64,000 nucleotides of DNA from Vicugna vicugna (GCA_013265495.1 MU058636.1:8014295-8078294), one strand, 5' to 3'. Shown: positions 13,886-29,700, numbered from the stretch's first letter. Numbers and translations are program-made. The notes: generated by a model not told the origin, from the letters alone.

Positions 13886-14571
13886 CATTTCTACTTTCTC
13901 TAAAACATCAGAAACAATCTAATTCTGATTTTTAGGTGTTCACTGTTTTATAATTGCTATTTGATTAGTCTTTAGTTTCTCAAAAACACAGGCTTCTGAT
14001 GTTATTAGGTAAATACATTTATTCATATTATAAACTTTCTCTTTTCAATAAAGAATTTGCAATTTTTATTAACATAAACTCAAGAGGGAAGGGTTGCCAG
14101 CAGACAGAGAAGAGTATACATAAAATTAGGAGGAAGATAAATAAGACTACAAGAAAGTGGATACCTTTGTGAGCAAGCCTATATCCTTCCTTTAATATAT
14201 AATTTCCTAGAATTTTACAGAATGTCTTATGGGTTTAATATTGATAAATTTGTGTATATTTAAACATTTGCTAACTTTATTTTTAAATCCCTGAACATTG
14301 TTACATGATTGTGGTTTATATTTCAGTTTGCAAGAATTATATAGGCACTTCAGAGTAAGAATAATTGCTTCTGTCTTCTGTTTAAAAAGTTTATTTCTCA
14401 GAATCATAATGATAATTAATCTAAATACACAAAATGGCTAAAGCAAAAAAAAAAAAATCTGACTTTTGTTACAAACACCTTAAAATTTTTTTTGTCCAAA
14501 AAGAGGTATAAAAGTTTTTACTTCTGGCAGTAAATTCTTTAAAATTATCAAAAGGCAGACAATGGCATTGA

Positions 14572-14588
14572 TTTATTCCAGCTTTATT
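14572..14588 (-). terminator. ALG5: Tandem AATAAA polyadenylation signals of ALG5
   Basis: TTTATT at 14572-14577 and 14583-14588, about 80-100 nt past the stop codon. Confidence 0.75.
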
Positions 14589-14668
14589 TAAAATTTTAAT
14601 TTAAAATGAAATAATGTGAAATAATGTGACACTGATGCGTAAGAATACAATCAAAGATGGCAAATAAC

Positions 14669-14784
14669 CTAATTCACTTTCCTGGTTTGTTCAAGCCTCC
14701 AGGCACCAGTCAAATACCGAAGTCGTATAAAAAGTAGGTCCTTGCCCATCTGTAGCCAGCTCCAGAATGGAACTAATTTAGAAC
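14669..14784 (-). CDS. ALG5: ALG5 exon 10 (last coding exon, TAG at 14671-14669)
   Basis: (G)SKLVPFWSWLQMGKDLLFIRLRYLTGAWRLEQTRKVN*; cag acceptor. Confidence 0.97.
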
Positions 14785-17700
14785 CTGTGATTTAAAAATA
14801 ATTAAAAATAAACATGTTTTCAGGAGAAAATGTAACAGTTTAAAACTGTGTTGTAGACACTGGTTTACATGACTTTTGTGAGCTTCTAGTCACCTTAATT
14901 TATGTTATTTATATTATGTATGTATGTCTGTTAAACATTTAATTCCATGTGCACATTTAAAAATGATTTTGGGGGGAGCAAATCTTCATGTTTCACGTAC
15001 TGCCTTTCAGTCTTAAGTACTATGATCAGGTACACCCCTGTATATAATACAAGTAAAATACAAGCATAATAGATTAATAATCTGAAATAAGAAGGCCAAG
15101 ACAAAAACCAGCTTTTATTCTAATTCTACCAAAGACTCTCAATCAGATAAAATAAATACATTTAGCTAGGCCTTCTTCTTGTCCAGTGGTTGTCAAATGG
15201 CAACATGCCAAGCAAGCCCAGTGGACGACACAGCATCTGCCTCCCTGAACATGTTTTAAGATCTTACCTTCTTTGATTTGACCCCGGAAACTGTTTTTTT
15301 CAGTCAGTCGGGAGTGGAGCCTCCCTACCCATTGGTCAGGTAACTGGGGTGCTGGGTGGTAAAGTGACACGGTCAAGGCCGCAGGACTAATCACTGGCAG
15401 TTTCCAGATTTCAGCCCAAATGCTCTAGCTTCTTTCTCTTTTTCTTTCTCTTCCCCCCAGCTTTACTGAGGTGTAAGTCACAAATAAAACTGAAATATCT
15501 TTAAAGTGTACGATGTAACGACTTGATAAACGTATACACTGTGAAATGATTACCACAATCAAGTTAACACATCCACCTTACTTTTATTTAAATCATGGAC
15601 AAAAGAATTAAACATCTTCAAAGCCAAAGTGAGTGGTTTCTCTAAAAACAAAAAAACAAAACACCCTGAAGTGAAATGAAACTTGGGAAGATCTACATTG
15701 TGAGTTTTGGATAGCCCCACTCTCGGGAGGTACACGGCTGAGGGGGCTGGGCGTGATGGACACAGAACTGCTCTCTGAGTGCCAGCTAAGGAAATGTAAT
15801 ACTCAACAATCTGAGAGATGCAAATGAGAAAATGATAGAAAATGAAACATATTTTGACTTTTCTCCACTTCAACTTCCCATAGAGTCTCTGCTGGGCAGA
15901 GATCAACACAGACAGATCAATGGAGTGATCATGATGCGTCTGTGCAATCCTTTCACCCACCTCCCAGGCCCCTTTAATCGAGGCTGCTACTGTGGAGATT
16001 AAATTTCTGTAAACTTAATATGATTCAGCAAGACTCCAAGAGCCTGAATTTGTTCTGGACTATGTAGTCTCATTCTTAACCTTTTTCTGTCCCTAAACAC
16101 TTGAGGTTGCTTACTGCAGCAAAAGAAGTGACTTTGAAAAAGCCTCCAGTGAACCGCTGCCACACTGGGAATTAATTTAGGAGCATTCTAAGGCAAGCAA
16201 CAGAGAAAACCGGAATATATTTTAAATTCTACACAGCGAGAGCTATCTAAGCTTTTCTGAATGGACATTAGATGATTTCACATTGCTAGAGATGTTAGAC
16301 AGCTTTACATTTTTGGATATATGTACAGATGCCAGTTAAAAACTGGCTGTGAATGGACTGTGGACATTTGGAGTAAAAACTATAGTTTCTTATTTAGTTT
16401 TGCATAGTGGTTTGTAGGTACTCAATTAATATTCATGGAGTAATGAAATAATACTAAAAAAAAATGGCACTGCAAACAGTAAAGTTTATCTCAAGACTAT
16501 CAACCTTGCTTGTAGCCTGCAATCACCACGATCTTGTCTACTGTACAAGTTTTACTGAATTCCCCGTGCAAGCCAGGAGGCCTGCGGAAGACCCTAACAA
16601 GAGACTAAAGCCATACAGAAGGCAGCCAGCCAGCTGGAGGGTGGCGGGGCTCAGAGGCAGTACTCTCTACAGATTGCTTTTCGGAGTCAGGATAACTGAG
16701 CAGGCCCTGATGGGGGCAGGGGAAACATTAAAGGCAGCCGACTTTATTGGACAACTGTATTGTGTGACGTCCTCCCCCACTTGAGATCAGCTGTAACATG
16801 AACAATAGACTCACCTTCAATTTCCGTCCAGTTGACAGCAATTTCTGCTATTGGAATTTTAAAGAACTGTGCTATGTAAAGCAGTTCTACATCAAATGCC
16901 CTGGAATAGAAAATACATTGATACCTATTTTTAAAAAGACAAATAGAGTGTAATTAAATCTCTCCCTTGGCATGTTCTACAGAAGCTTACATGGCAGATA
17001 TAAAAGCTTATATTGTAAAAGTGAAGGTCAGATAAACATCAGGTCAAATAAAAGCTAAGTAGTTCAGTAGCTTCAAGGCAAGTAAGATAATTTAGCATGC
17101 CACTGCATAACATTTCAATGAGAAATACGGTGTTTCAATCACAACTCAGAAACTCCGAGAGGTAAAAATGGCCACTTGGGCTCCAAGAGAAAATTTAATC
17201 CTGGAAATTTTCAAGATTGATGGTTTTCGAATCCCAGCCTTAACTAGCCCCAGATAAAGAACTGACAGCATTTGCAGCTGATTCAGAGAGCTCATAAAAC
17301 ATAACTCTGAGAAGCTCTAGGAAAGACAGTCTCAATCCCCTTAGAGTTCCTTGATTACGTTCTCCTACATGAAAGGGTCAAGGTTTCCTTTTTAAATCCA
17401 GGGCCCCTGTGGCCGGTCTTCCCCTCTTCCCTTCCCAGTGCTGTCCTGGATGGCACAGTGCCAGCAGCTGTGGAAGTGGGAAGCCAGTCTAGACTAGTCT
17501 GAAATGCCCTTTGGGTATAACTGAATACATACATAGGAATTAGATGTATTGTCTCACGCTGACATACACTGTTGAAATCATCTCTAGTCTGAATTCCAGT
17601 TCAGCCTTCCTTCTACCTGTGAAAGGTTCCTTCTTAAAGCTCCTCTTCAGTCAGCCCCTGGGTTTAGGTTGAATCTGCTTTCCTTAACACTTTTGAATCC

Positions 17701-20700
17701 TGTCTCCGAGAGCACTGAAGGCTTCCACTGCTTTGCTTTCATCCTTAGGTCATTAACCCCTGACTTTCCGGACTGCATGGAACGCACTTCGAACTTCCAG
17801 GGATTGGTTTTCAAATAATAGCATGGACAAGGAGATGCCTAAGATCTACTTCTATGTAATTCCCTGATCCCAGATAATCTGAATTGGGGAGTTTTGTTTT
17901 CTTGGCCACAATATTACCACCATCCATTATGCAACTAGTTTAAATCCCAAGTGTTTGGATAATTCAGTATGAAAACTATTTTTTAAAACACTTAATGCTG
18001 TTTCTTATCCTAATAAAATATTTACTTAAGATGATAAAACCATCTACAAAAGTGTTCTTTGTGTTTCTAAAAGGACTATGTAAAACTTCCGTTAAGCAGA
18101 ATTGTGACACTCATGAAAGGAAACAGTTCAAGTATTAAGCCTGGTACTTAACCCTTAAAACTCTCTCCTTTAACAGAAAAACAAAAAATTACTTAATGGG
18201 CTGCTGAGTTAGTTCTAATGATCCTTTAATAATCTGACCTGGATTAAGTATTTTTCTGAGGATATTGGTACAGACTTATCAAAAACACCAAACAATGTAA
18301 GAATGATGGATGAAAAGAAGTGGGAGAAAAAAACCACTGATTAACTGAAATTAGTTTATATTAAAAAAAAAACTGAACGGGCTATTCATTCCTAAACTAT
18401 TATTTTTATTGTATCTCTCCCCTTAAACATGTTAGAAGACATGGGATGTTTATAAACACAAAACAAAACAAAACAAAACAAAACAAAACAAAACACTGCA
18501 GTTTACAGCAACATATTACAAATAAGAAACCAATCCGTTACCGAAGCAAACTTTAATTAAAATACCAGGTACTTCTGGATGGAACCTCATGCTAATAAAG
18601 AGGAGCAGCATAAGGGTTATTCTCCAACTAAGCTGACTCCTTGGGTTTCTGCAAAGGTGGGGAGGGCAGAGCCATCGTGTTTTCTTTACTCACTTCCTGA
18701 TACATCTGGACACATTTCTCGCAAACAGACACATTTCTGAAGAAGGAAGGGTATGCTGAGACTGTGAAACACGGCAGACACACGCATGCTGTGCTGCTCC
18801 CTCCTGACGTCCCACTAACATTAAAACGATGGGATAAACATACAAGAACAGAAAGAAGAGAGTTGACAGTAATAAAAAAAACTTGAAAGCTGGAAGGCAG
18901 CTGGACAGGTGGTGACTAGGGACAGTGACAGTGGGAGATGCCTGAGCAGGCTAATGGGCACCACAGGGTCCCCCAGAGGCTCAGGCATCAGGGCCCTCGA
19001 GTGACTCTGTAAGCAGGGGTGCAGGTGGGCTGCAAACTGGAGGATCCACTGCAAATTTGTCTGAGATTCTCCTTTCTTCCAGTCAGCTCTGTGAATGCTG
19101 GCAAGGCTCATGTCTGCGGGGCAGGAGACTGAAGGATCCCTCTTTAGTGAGAATGACCAGCCCAAAACATGACAGCTGGGAGTTACCCACACAAAACAGC
19201 CCCACCAGTTTCATCTGCAGTGAAGTCCACCAGTGGGTCAGAGTTCTCTGACCCTGATGGCTTTTTGGTGTCATGGTAAAAGATACCAGAGGATAAACTT
19301 TAAAGATAAAAACAAACATAAAGAAAAAAATTGGAGCAACAGAAACAATGCAAGGAAAGGAGAAATGTCAAAGTTTTAAACAAGACATTAAGAGAAGTAG
19401 TGGAAGATACTGTAGGCATGAAACAAGAACAGATTTAGGAAAATGAATACTGGAATACGAGAGTTGTCAGAAGTTGAAATTTGGATAGCAGAAATAAAAA
19501 TTCAAAAGGAGGGTTGAGGAAATCTCAAAAGAAGAAAAACAGGGATGATAAAGTCATGGAATCAGCAGGGAGGTTCTACATCTGTTTTATAAGAGAAGAG
19601 AGAGAGTAGATGTCACAGAAATGACTAAAGGACATTTCTCAGAGCTCCAGGCCATGTTAGGTGTCCAGAGTTAGGGGGCCTACCGAGTACTCAACAGACG
19701 CATGAAAAACAGCTACATTAAGTCTCTGAATCATGATCTTTCAAAACCTTCTGGAGAAAAAAGCTTCCAAAGCCGGGTGGAAACAACATGCCACAGACAA
19801 AGAACCAAGATTAGATTATCTACAGAACTGGACTTTTCCACAGAAACACTGAGCGCCAAAGACAACAGAGCAGTGCTTTCCAAATCCGGAGGAGCTAGAT
19901 CTCCAGCCTGTAATTCTTTCTGCAGCTGACTGTTAAACAGGCATGAGGGCAGAAGGCAGACACGTCTTCACATGCAGGGTCTCGCAGTTCCTCACAGTCT
20001 TGAGGAGTTCAAGAAAGAATGTGCTCCACTAAAATGGGGTGTGAACCAAGGGGAACCAGACCCCGGACAGGGGCTGTGCAGGCCAGAAACCACTAGGAAG
20101 GTTAGAGGTGCTGAGACATCCCCAAGGAGAAGATGGAACTGATGCCCCTGAGGGAGAGTGAGCCAGAGTAAGAGTCAGATCCGGCTAAGTAATGCCAGCA
20201 GAAAATTCCAGATAGTTATTATCTTTAAGAAAACAGAAACGATGGTCGGTCCTGTAATCCTCTGGCATGCCACGGCTCAGATCTGAGCTCTCCTCACCCA
20301 GCGAGAACAATCAGCACTGATCTAAGCAAACCTTATCTTAAAACTCTATTAGGAGCTCAAGAGAACGACATACTTATCCACTGATTTCCTATTTTGGAAA
20401 GTAATATCTAAAACTGAAAAACTGAGAAAGCCACGCGGACCCACTCTTCTGAATATGAAAGCAAACACCACAGACACACAGTAAAGAAACGAAAGTGACT
20501 ATAGTGAGGGAGTAGGAGTGGGGCGGGGGGGTGTGTGTGGAAGGAGATGGGGCAAAAGACAACATTTTCTTGTTGCCTGATGGGAGTGACTTTAAATCAT
20601 AAACATAACACACGGATTTTAAAAAATTCATTGGAAAAAATATATATTTCAAAAAACCCCACCCATTTTAAAAATTACTCATAAATTAGGTCAAATTATA

Positions 20701-23700
20701 CCTTAACATTAAATGGAAAAAATTTAGGTGAAGTACAATGTGGAAGATGGAGATTATATATATATATTTAACATTTACCATTACCCATGTTCAGGGGCTG
20801 TAATTCTGAATCAAAGGGATGCCTATAATTTCAGCAATACTCCTTGATGTCTTCTAACACCTAATAACCCTACTTGCCTTGGATTTCCTGAAAGTTATGG
20901 GAAAAATTTCAATGAATCTTTCAACTAAGTCCTTTGAAAAAAAAACCTAAGGTGACACTGATACGGAAATGAGCAGATGCACAAATTGGCTTCTAAAACT
21001 TACGCTGCATAAGAAAAAATAAATCTGCTCTTTAGTCTTTTTTTTATTTAAGTGCAGGAACAGAGATGTTTAAATAAAAACAACTGAGGAAACATTTCCA
21101 TGGTGAAGGGTACATACTGTTAGGCTGATGATACATGCGTACGGGGTGCGTCTCCTTTATGGGCACAAGATAAATGTAAGTGGATCCCAAAGAGAGACAT
21201 GAGAGGCTAAAATTTTAAGTCACGCTAATGCTGTGTCAATCAAATAGCACATAAATAACTAAAAAGCATGCACATGAACATAAAATTTAAAGAAGAAAAA
21301 AATAAAAGCATGCTCTTTAACCTAAAAAAAAAAACCCCATAAAACCCTAGAACTGTGCTGACTAATACCATAGCTACTGGGCATTTGAAATGTGACTAGT
21401 CTGAACTGAGATATACTAGTACAAAGAAAAGGATATAAAATAGCTCAGTATTTTTTCATACCGAGTGCATGCTGAAATGACTATGTTTATATTGCGTTAA
21501 ATACAGTATTAAAATAAATTTCATCTTTCTTTTTACTTTTTAAATTGTGGCTACGAGAAAATTTACAATTACATATATGGCTTGCATTTTTGTCTTGTAT
21601 TACATTTATATTGGGCAATGCTGCCTTAGAACAACCCTGACAAGGAAACTTCATGCTTTTTAAGTTATCAACCCTAATTTTCAGCTATCGACGCTAACCC
21701 TAATGTTCGCCATTTCTAAATCCTTCCTTTCAAACTACAAAAACCTAGTTCTTTGACTCTAGATCTGTTCATAATAGCTGATTAAAAAATATCTCATGCA
21801 GAAGGAGGGCTTTACTTCTAGAGTGGCCTCTTAAATTAGATTCTCTGATTTTGGAGTCCATTAACTATCAGTATATTTTATTCTTCAACATAATAGAAAC
21901 ATATATCTAAATCTGAAGACCAAATATACCTTACTTAAAAATTTTTAGTCTAGGAAAAAATATTTAAAAACATGTCTGATAATTTTAATTCTGAAAGTAC
22001 AGTTTCTTTAAAGTTATTTGGGAGGATTATATGACATCTGTTTCTAGAGAGAGAACTGATCTTTGCAAATAGATGCATGAAAGTCACAGACTAAAAAAAC
22101 ATCTCCTGAAACTGTTATGCAGACTCCCACCATGAAGAGAATTCACACAGAACCAGGACCAACACTAAGTATGTATTAATTCTTTCAGTAATATAGACCG
22201 AGGACCCACGACGTGCCAGGCTCTCTCTTAGACAGTGGGATGTACTCGTAAGCAAAATCAGACAGGATTCTTGCTCTTGTGGAGAAACATTACAGATAAA
22301 GCACTACGGATGTGGCAGGTGCTATGAGGAAAGGCTATGGTGTGACACAGCGTGTAACCGGGGGCGTGACCTCGTCTGGAGAGTGAGGCAGGTTGATGGA
22401 GGGACGGGCTGGGGAGAAGGGAAGAGTCCACACGTGGAGACTCAGGTGGGTGAGAGCATACAATGGATACTACACTGCCCATCTATATCCCTTCAGGGCC
22501 CTGGGAAAACACGGAAAGGCAATGGGAAGCCAGTGAAAGATTCAAAGCCACTGAAAGAGTCAAAGAACAGGTGCTCTTGACTGATCACTTTTAGTCTCTG
22601 GAAAGACCCCTTGGGCTGCAGCAAAGGACATGATGTTCTGGATGGTGGTGAAGACGAAGAGAAATGAAGGGACATAAAAGCTCAAGTCAACAGGCCTCGT
22701 CGCGGGTTGGCTATGTGGAGGGGCCGTGGGGCAGGTCGGAATGACCCCACAGTTTCAGGCTTCTGTGTGACGGTGTTACTCACTGAACAGGCTGACAGCG
22801 GAGGTGAGGTCTGGGACAAAGAGAGGCTGAGGGAACAGGATGTTCCGAGAGAGAGAGCTCAGAAGTACTGAAGGCTGTGGATGGGTTAAGACAGTGAGTG
22901 GTCATATTACACATGACCAAGGGATTCACTAACTTAAGGTTAACTAGAGGCTCAGACGGGAGGAGGAGTGGGCTGTGAGCAGGCAGGGGGCAGGTGGAAA
23001 CAGTGCCTGCAGACCCCTCTTCCAACAACAGGCTGACTGTGGAAGGAAAGAGGGCTGGAGCTGGAGGGTGCTGGGGTGGGGGTGTCAATGGAGAGGGGTA
23101 TTTTTAATGGCAAGAGAAATTTACACTTGTTTTAAAAACTGATGGGAAAGATGTGGTTGAAGGAAAAGGCTGAATACACAAGAGAGAAAGTACAGGACTG
23201 GGTTCTTAGGAGGCTCTTCAGAGGTTGAAGGGCTGGTCTTAGGTGGGAGAGGGAACGTACTCCTGGAAAGGAAAGGAAAGAAGAGAAAATGGGTTCCTTC
23301 TTTTGCTTTGATATTTCTGAGCTTTTCTTTTTATCTTCAAAGGAAAAAAAGGAAACTTAAGGAAACAGGATGTTTTCAGGCCTCTCAATTTATACTGTCT
23401 ACAATTACAGTGAATACATAACTTTATACCCTATGTTTGGTTTTAGATTTTCAAAATAACAGATTAAGTTTACGTATGTAAGTGTCAATTTTGTTTATAC
23501 CTGGATGTTCATTATGAGAACATGGGGCTGCCTCTCATTACCTGGAAAAATGCTGTATAAGAAGATACACATTCCGGTTAGGAACCTACCATCGTTCGAT
23601 GTGTAGAGATGAAAACGTCCGTGAAGCTGCTTCTCGAGTTAATAATTTGAACCCACACTGTGTGTCCCTGATTCCTCTGACACAAAGGAACCACACCAGA

Positions 23701-26700
23701 AAGTGGAACCCATACATGAGAAGAGTACGGAAGTAAGAACGCTGAAACAAAGACAAAATAGAAATGGCTTTTCCATTTATCCGTAAAGGAGACATTGAAA
23801 ACACCTGGCTGCAGACAACTGCATCTTAATACTGAATTCCCTGGGTAGATCCTACATATGAACGCCATTGTTCCATTAGTTGTGCTGGCTAAGTCTGTTC
23901 TAGAAGCTGAGGATGCCTATTGCTCAGAGCTGGGCTGCGGGGCCAGGACGTAGTTACTCGCTTCCTGGAGGCTGAGTCAGACAAGAGGAATCACATTACC
24001 TGTGAGACTTAGGGATGCTCTCTGCCAGAAGCATAACAAAGCAGGTCTGGGGCTGCTCTGAGCAAGGAGAATGTTTCATTCCCCTTCTATTTTGTGCCTC
24101 CCTGCCCAACTATATTTCAGTTTCAAAAAAGGTGAATTACCAGAGTACCTTGGAAAAACAAAACACTAAGATTTGAACCTGAAGTTCGATACCTGGCTAA
24201 TGAGAATACTGACAGAAGAGAGACAGCAGAGGTCACAAAAGCCACAGACTAGATAGGAGCCTGAAACAAAAACCCAGTCTCTCCAAGTCTGACAGATATC
24301 TGATTAAATACATTTTAACAATTAAGTTCTTTAATACTTTGGATATTTAACTTAAGTAGTCTTTAATCCTACCTGAGTATTCACTACTGTTAACAGTGAT
24401 TAATCTTGTAATTAGCAGTAATGTGACATATGTGCCATTATTCATTACCATTGCAAACTTTAAAACGTAAGAATAATAGATCATTAGTCATCACTGTACT
24501 CAAGACTTCCCTATATAGAATTAAAAAAATAGACAGCTTAAAATCTTCCATAATTATGGTAGTACACACATGGAATGACAGATGACCTATGCAAATGAGC
24601 CTCCCAGTAAGACTCTATGTAGAATATTTACTATCTCATACTAGTAAATAAAGGTCCCTTCCTCCTTTTGGCTTTTGTTTTTCATAATTATAATCTTTAG
24701 CATCACTCTTCATGCGCATGGCTTTTTCTACCCCCATGGAACAGAAAGAACCATGACTCAACAGTGGTAAGATGACACAGGAGAAAAAGGCCTGAACTGA
24801 GCAGACCTGTATTTGAGTCCTGGCTCCGTTAATAATGAGCAGGCGGACCTTGAGCAAGTTACTTCCACTCTCTAAATCTCACTTTCCTCATCTAGAATGA
24901 AAATGCCTGCCTCACAAAGTTACTGTAAGGATTAAATGAGATAATATTAAAGCCTTTAGCCAAGTGTTTGGTAAGAGAAACTCAATGAATGCATTTAATA
25001 AGGGAGAAAGACCTGAAAACTCATTTCCTCTTCCTGACCACAATTTCACTTGTGTATTGCACAAGGCAAGAAGGGAAGGAAGAATAAAACACTTATCTAC
25101 AGGGTATTAAAACACACTTTTTGAAAAGATCTAGCACTCCTCATTTATCACCTGGAATCATTCGTTATGTTTTGATGTAAATATGTCTTACCTCTAAGTA
25201 GGTAGGGCAGAAACCTCATCTTAAAAATACTGTGGGAATCTCACAACTTGCTCAGTGCCTTCCATTTAAAGTATTTCCAATAAATACTGGTTGGCTGATT
25301 AAACCTCCAAAAGAGCATTTATGCTTTGGAAAGGAACAAACAATTGAAAGATAGAAAAATAAAAATGAAAAGGTAGAAAAATAATACCTATAAACTATTC
25401 TCCTTGAATGATTTTCAGAGTGATTTAGATGAGCTTACTAGTTACCAAATAAAAATATTCATCACTGCTTTGGCTTGGACATTAATAGAAGGTTTTTTGT
25501 TTGTTTTAGGATAATGGCTACTTTTTAAAAAGTAAATGTGGAGCTCATATGAAGACCTTAACTTATTTGATTTCTAACATATTTAAAAGCATAAAAATAT
25601 AATCTACAGAGGAATCTTTCTTTAATTTTTAAAACTTGGCAAAATATCTTAAAATTAGAAGACATCTAAAAACATATTATGGGATGGACATAGTTACATG
25701 AAGCTAACAGTCATATAGAGTAGATATTTAAAAACATGAAGAAAAAGACATTCGCTACTTCAATATTAACAATAATCCTTAATGTTTATGAAATGTAAAC
25801 AAGGAATTCAGGTGAAATTTAACACTAACTGATAATTTTATTATCTTAAAATAAGAAGTTAATAAGAAGTCCCAAGACTTAAGCAGAGACTCTTCAAAGA
25901 AAATCTAAAGACATCAAACAGTAATGGATTATATTTTGAGTCCTTTAAAAGTGAGAAACTTGAAAACACCGAGAGAATATAAACATCACTCTTGGAACTG
26001 TTACGTGGGCATATGAACACTTTTAAGGATGCTTGAAAGACTCCATTGGTGCTGTATTGTCACGCACGTTTGTCTTCCAAGAGAGCAACAGGGCGGACAG
26101 CAGGATGAACGGAGAATGTGTGTAAAGGTATTTAGGAAAGATAAGTCTGAAAACTATACAGTTAAGCTACTCAAGTTGCTGTTTACTATCTTGATTAATA
26201 GTGTTACCACTTCCGCATTGTCCACAGATTGAGCACCACAAAGGTTTATATTACTGACAGCACATTAAGAGAAAACCCAAGCAGCTGGGAAATGGAAGGC
26301 CATGCTGCAGTTTCTTGGACACGTGGCAGGTGGACATGTACCTCTTGGAGAAGACCTTCTGTAAGGCAGATACGGCTCCATGAGAATCGCCTAGACTACA
26401 GGTCTGCTCAGCAGGAGTTTACACAGCGGCTGAGAGGACGACTGCCGATCCCTAGTCAGTGGACCATTTATCCTTTTTCTACAAGAGTAGCAGCCAATTC
26501 TGTAGGGCCCAAACGCATCACACCAATCACTGACTTTCAGAGATGGAGGCATGGATGGATGGATGACAGGATAAATTATAAACATGTAGATCCTGGGATA
26601 GATCCCTTGATTACTGGCTAAAAGCAGTGGGGAAAAGAAGATTTAGACCATCGCACAGTCTCATCTAAATACTATCCTGGAAAAAATTCAGAGCTTTCAA

Positions 26701-29700
26701 TTAATGGACGTTCTAAGTGAAAAGAATTTAAACCATTAAAAACAAAACCCCAAAACACAGTTTGTTTCTATTGTTGCCAACAGTACAGATCCCAACTATT
26801 TTTTTGCCTAGATCACTCCAAATGTTTCCTAATTGCTACTTTCTTTTTCTTCAATCATTTTTTCCTTTCCAAGTAGATTACCTCTTTTTTCCCTATTTAT
26901 GTATTTTTTTAAAAGGAAAAAAAATTTATTCACAAAACCCTTAAATTAATGTCTATTTTCATTAAGTGTTTTGTTTGAATAGGTGTTTTTCATACAATTA
27001 CATTGTATTTACAATATCATACTATTTTCATATAACTTAATATTTTAGTATTTCCCCATGTTATTGTACAGTCTCCATTATCATCTATTTTATTGGCTGC
27101 CTGACATTTCATCCAGGGGAAGTATCTATGCTGTCTAGTGTTAGAGTTTAGTATTTTATAATTTCCAGTACTTTACAGTTATAAATTGTGTGCTGAACAT
27201 CATGCACATACACTTTTCCTTTCCTTACCTCTTGTGCATCAGTAGAGTGATGACGGTGACTAGTTAATCTCAAACTCTCAGTTTTAAATTTCTAGGAGTT
27301 TGATATTTCTATGTTTAATAGATTAACCTTTTCTAAATACCAGTAAGAGTCCATAGGGTTATAGAGTTACATCTAGATGCTGAACATGTTAAATAACTTA
27401 TTTCTTATAAAAAAGGAGAGTTCAGGTTCTCACATTTGAGCAAAATCCTTAAGAGGTTTTATGACTCTACCATTAGTATATCTTGGGGAAAAAAATTGGA
27501 ATTTTTTTTATGTCTTACTTCAGAATCATTGAGGGAAAGGCTCAATCTTTTATTCCTTTTGTTCTCAAACTCTGGTATGCATCAGGTGACCTGGGAAAAT
27601 ATTAAAAATGCAGACTCCTGGTCCCAGAGCTAGAGTCTGATTTAGTGTGTCTGGGATTGGCCTAGGAATGTGCATTAAAAAAGAAAAAAAAGCTCCTCAG
27701 ATAATTCTAACCTTATGCTGAAAAATCTGGCTTCATTCTCAATCTACCTGATCACTCTAATAGATGAACCATTGAGAATACAATACACAATTACTATGCT
27801 TGATACATTAGATCTACATTTTTAAGTGAAACAATGATTAAAATAAAAAAGATTGCATAGAATAATTCCTGTTTATATTTTTCCCTCCAGGTTACTCCAG
27901 CTTCTTCTTTAGCCTAATCTATAAATTACAACCTGAAGGTTAATGTCATCAGTGATTTTTTTTTTTGAATATACTGAAAGGGCAGTACAATGTTACAAAT
28001 ATGAAGGTATAATGCTTTTCTAAGAGAAATAGTTAAAAAGATTTAAACTTTGAATAAAACTTAAAATATAGTACTTAAGTATGCTGACATGGGAAAAACT
28101 AAAGGCAAGTTGATAGGTTTAGAAATGCATTATTTGGAGAAACTTGCCTTATAACTGAATGGGGACTCTCTTTGTGTCTTTAAAAATAAAAAAATCAAAG
28201 AGCTCCTTGTATACTAAATTGAAGTGAAGTCTACATCCTTGTATAATCATGGAAAAAAAAAATCAATTCCTAAATGTGCCAATCTTTTCTTTCGAAAGGA
28301 CCCTCATTTTTATAAGATTAAGTATGAAAGCTTATTTGATGCTAATATTTATGTAAAAAAAGGAAAAAGACGCTGATCTATGGTTGATGAAAGCCTCACC
28401 TGAGCAATTGATTCTTTTTCCAGATGAGCTCGAGATCCACATGCAATAGCCATTTGATCCTGAGGAAAAAAGCAATGAAATAATTTTTCCATATTTAAGT
28501 ATCATTAATAGAAATATTTATTTTCAACATGAACATCTTTTTAGAAACTGATTGTTTTTTTAAAGTAACATTAGTTGGGGAGGGTACAACTCAGTGGTAG
28601 TGCACATACCTAGCATGAACAAGGTCCTGGGTTCAATCCCCAGTACCTCCATTAAAAAAATTAATTTAAAAAAAACCTAATTACCCCCCTAATAAATAAA
28701 ATTAAATATATATATATTAAAAAATAAAAGATAAAGATCTATACTAATAAAATATAATTAAAAAAATAAAGTAACATTAAATATTTTTAAAGGTTTATTG
28801 AGAAGTTCAGAATATGTACACCTTAAAGAAGTATAACTGTATTTACTAAGATGACACTATTCAGGGCTGAATATATGGGGCATGTATTATTTCAAAATTC
28901 ACATATTTAAATAACTTTTCTAATTAAAAGACTGTATCAACATAATTATAAGAAAAATTAGTAATATTAGAAAAGGGTTATCTGTAGACAGTATGATTTT
29001 ACATATAATTATTACATTCTGGAAAATCCAAGAATATCAACTGAAAGACTACTACAAATAATAAGAGAATGTAAAAAGATGAGAGGGCACAAGATGAATA
29101 GATATATAGTATTTCAGCCTTTATATGTACAAGTAATAATCAGAAGATATCTTTTATATATTTCTGTATTTATAACATCAATAAAAAAGAGAAATCTATA
29201 AATAAACTTTACAAGGTATGTGGTAAGATCTAAGTAAAGGGAACATGTAAATGTAACCAAGGGAAACAAAAGAATCTGGACATACTGTGACCACGGACGA
29301 GAGGATGCAACGGCACGACTGAAAAGCCAGCGCTCCCCAGCTAATCTTTAAAGTTAAGGCCATACCAACAGACATATCAAGATAACTTTTCATTGATTTA
29401 GATAAGCTGATCTGGAATATTGGGGGGAAAAAAGAACCAAGAAGAGCCAAGCAAATTCTAAAAGTGAGGAAGGACTAGCTCCAGAGGATTTAAAAATATA
29501 AAGCTGTAACAATTAAAACTGAGGTACTAGAATGTAAATAGATAAATCTATGGATCAGAATGGAAAGGCCGGGGGGAGGGTATAGTTCAAGTGGTAGAGC
29601 GCATGCTTAGCATACACAAGGTTCTGGGTTCAATCCCCTGTACCTCCTCTAAAATAAATAAATAAATAACACATCCCTCCCCCCCTCAAAAAGAATGGAA

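Noticed and set aside
28577..29646. tRNA-Ala-like sequences with A/B boxes
   Set aside because: They have AT-rich tails, TSDs and degenerate stems, so they are SINE heads rather than tRNA genes
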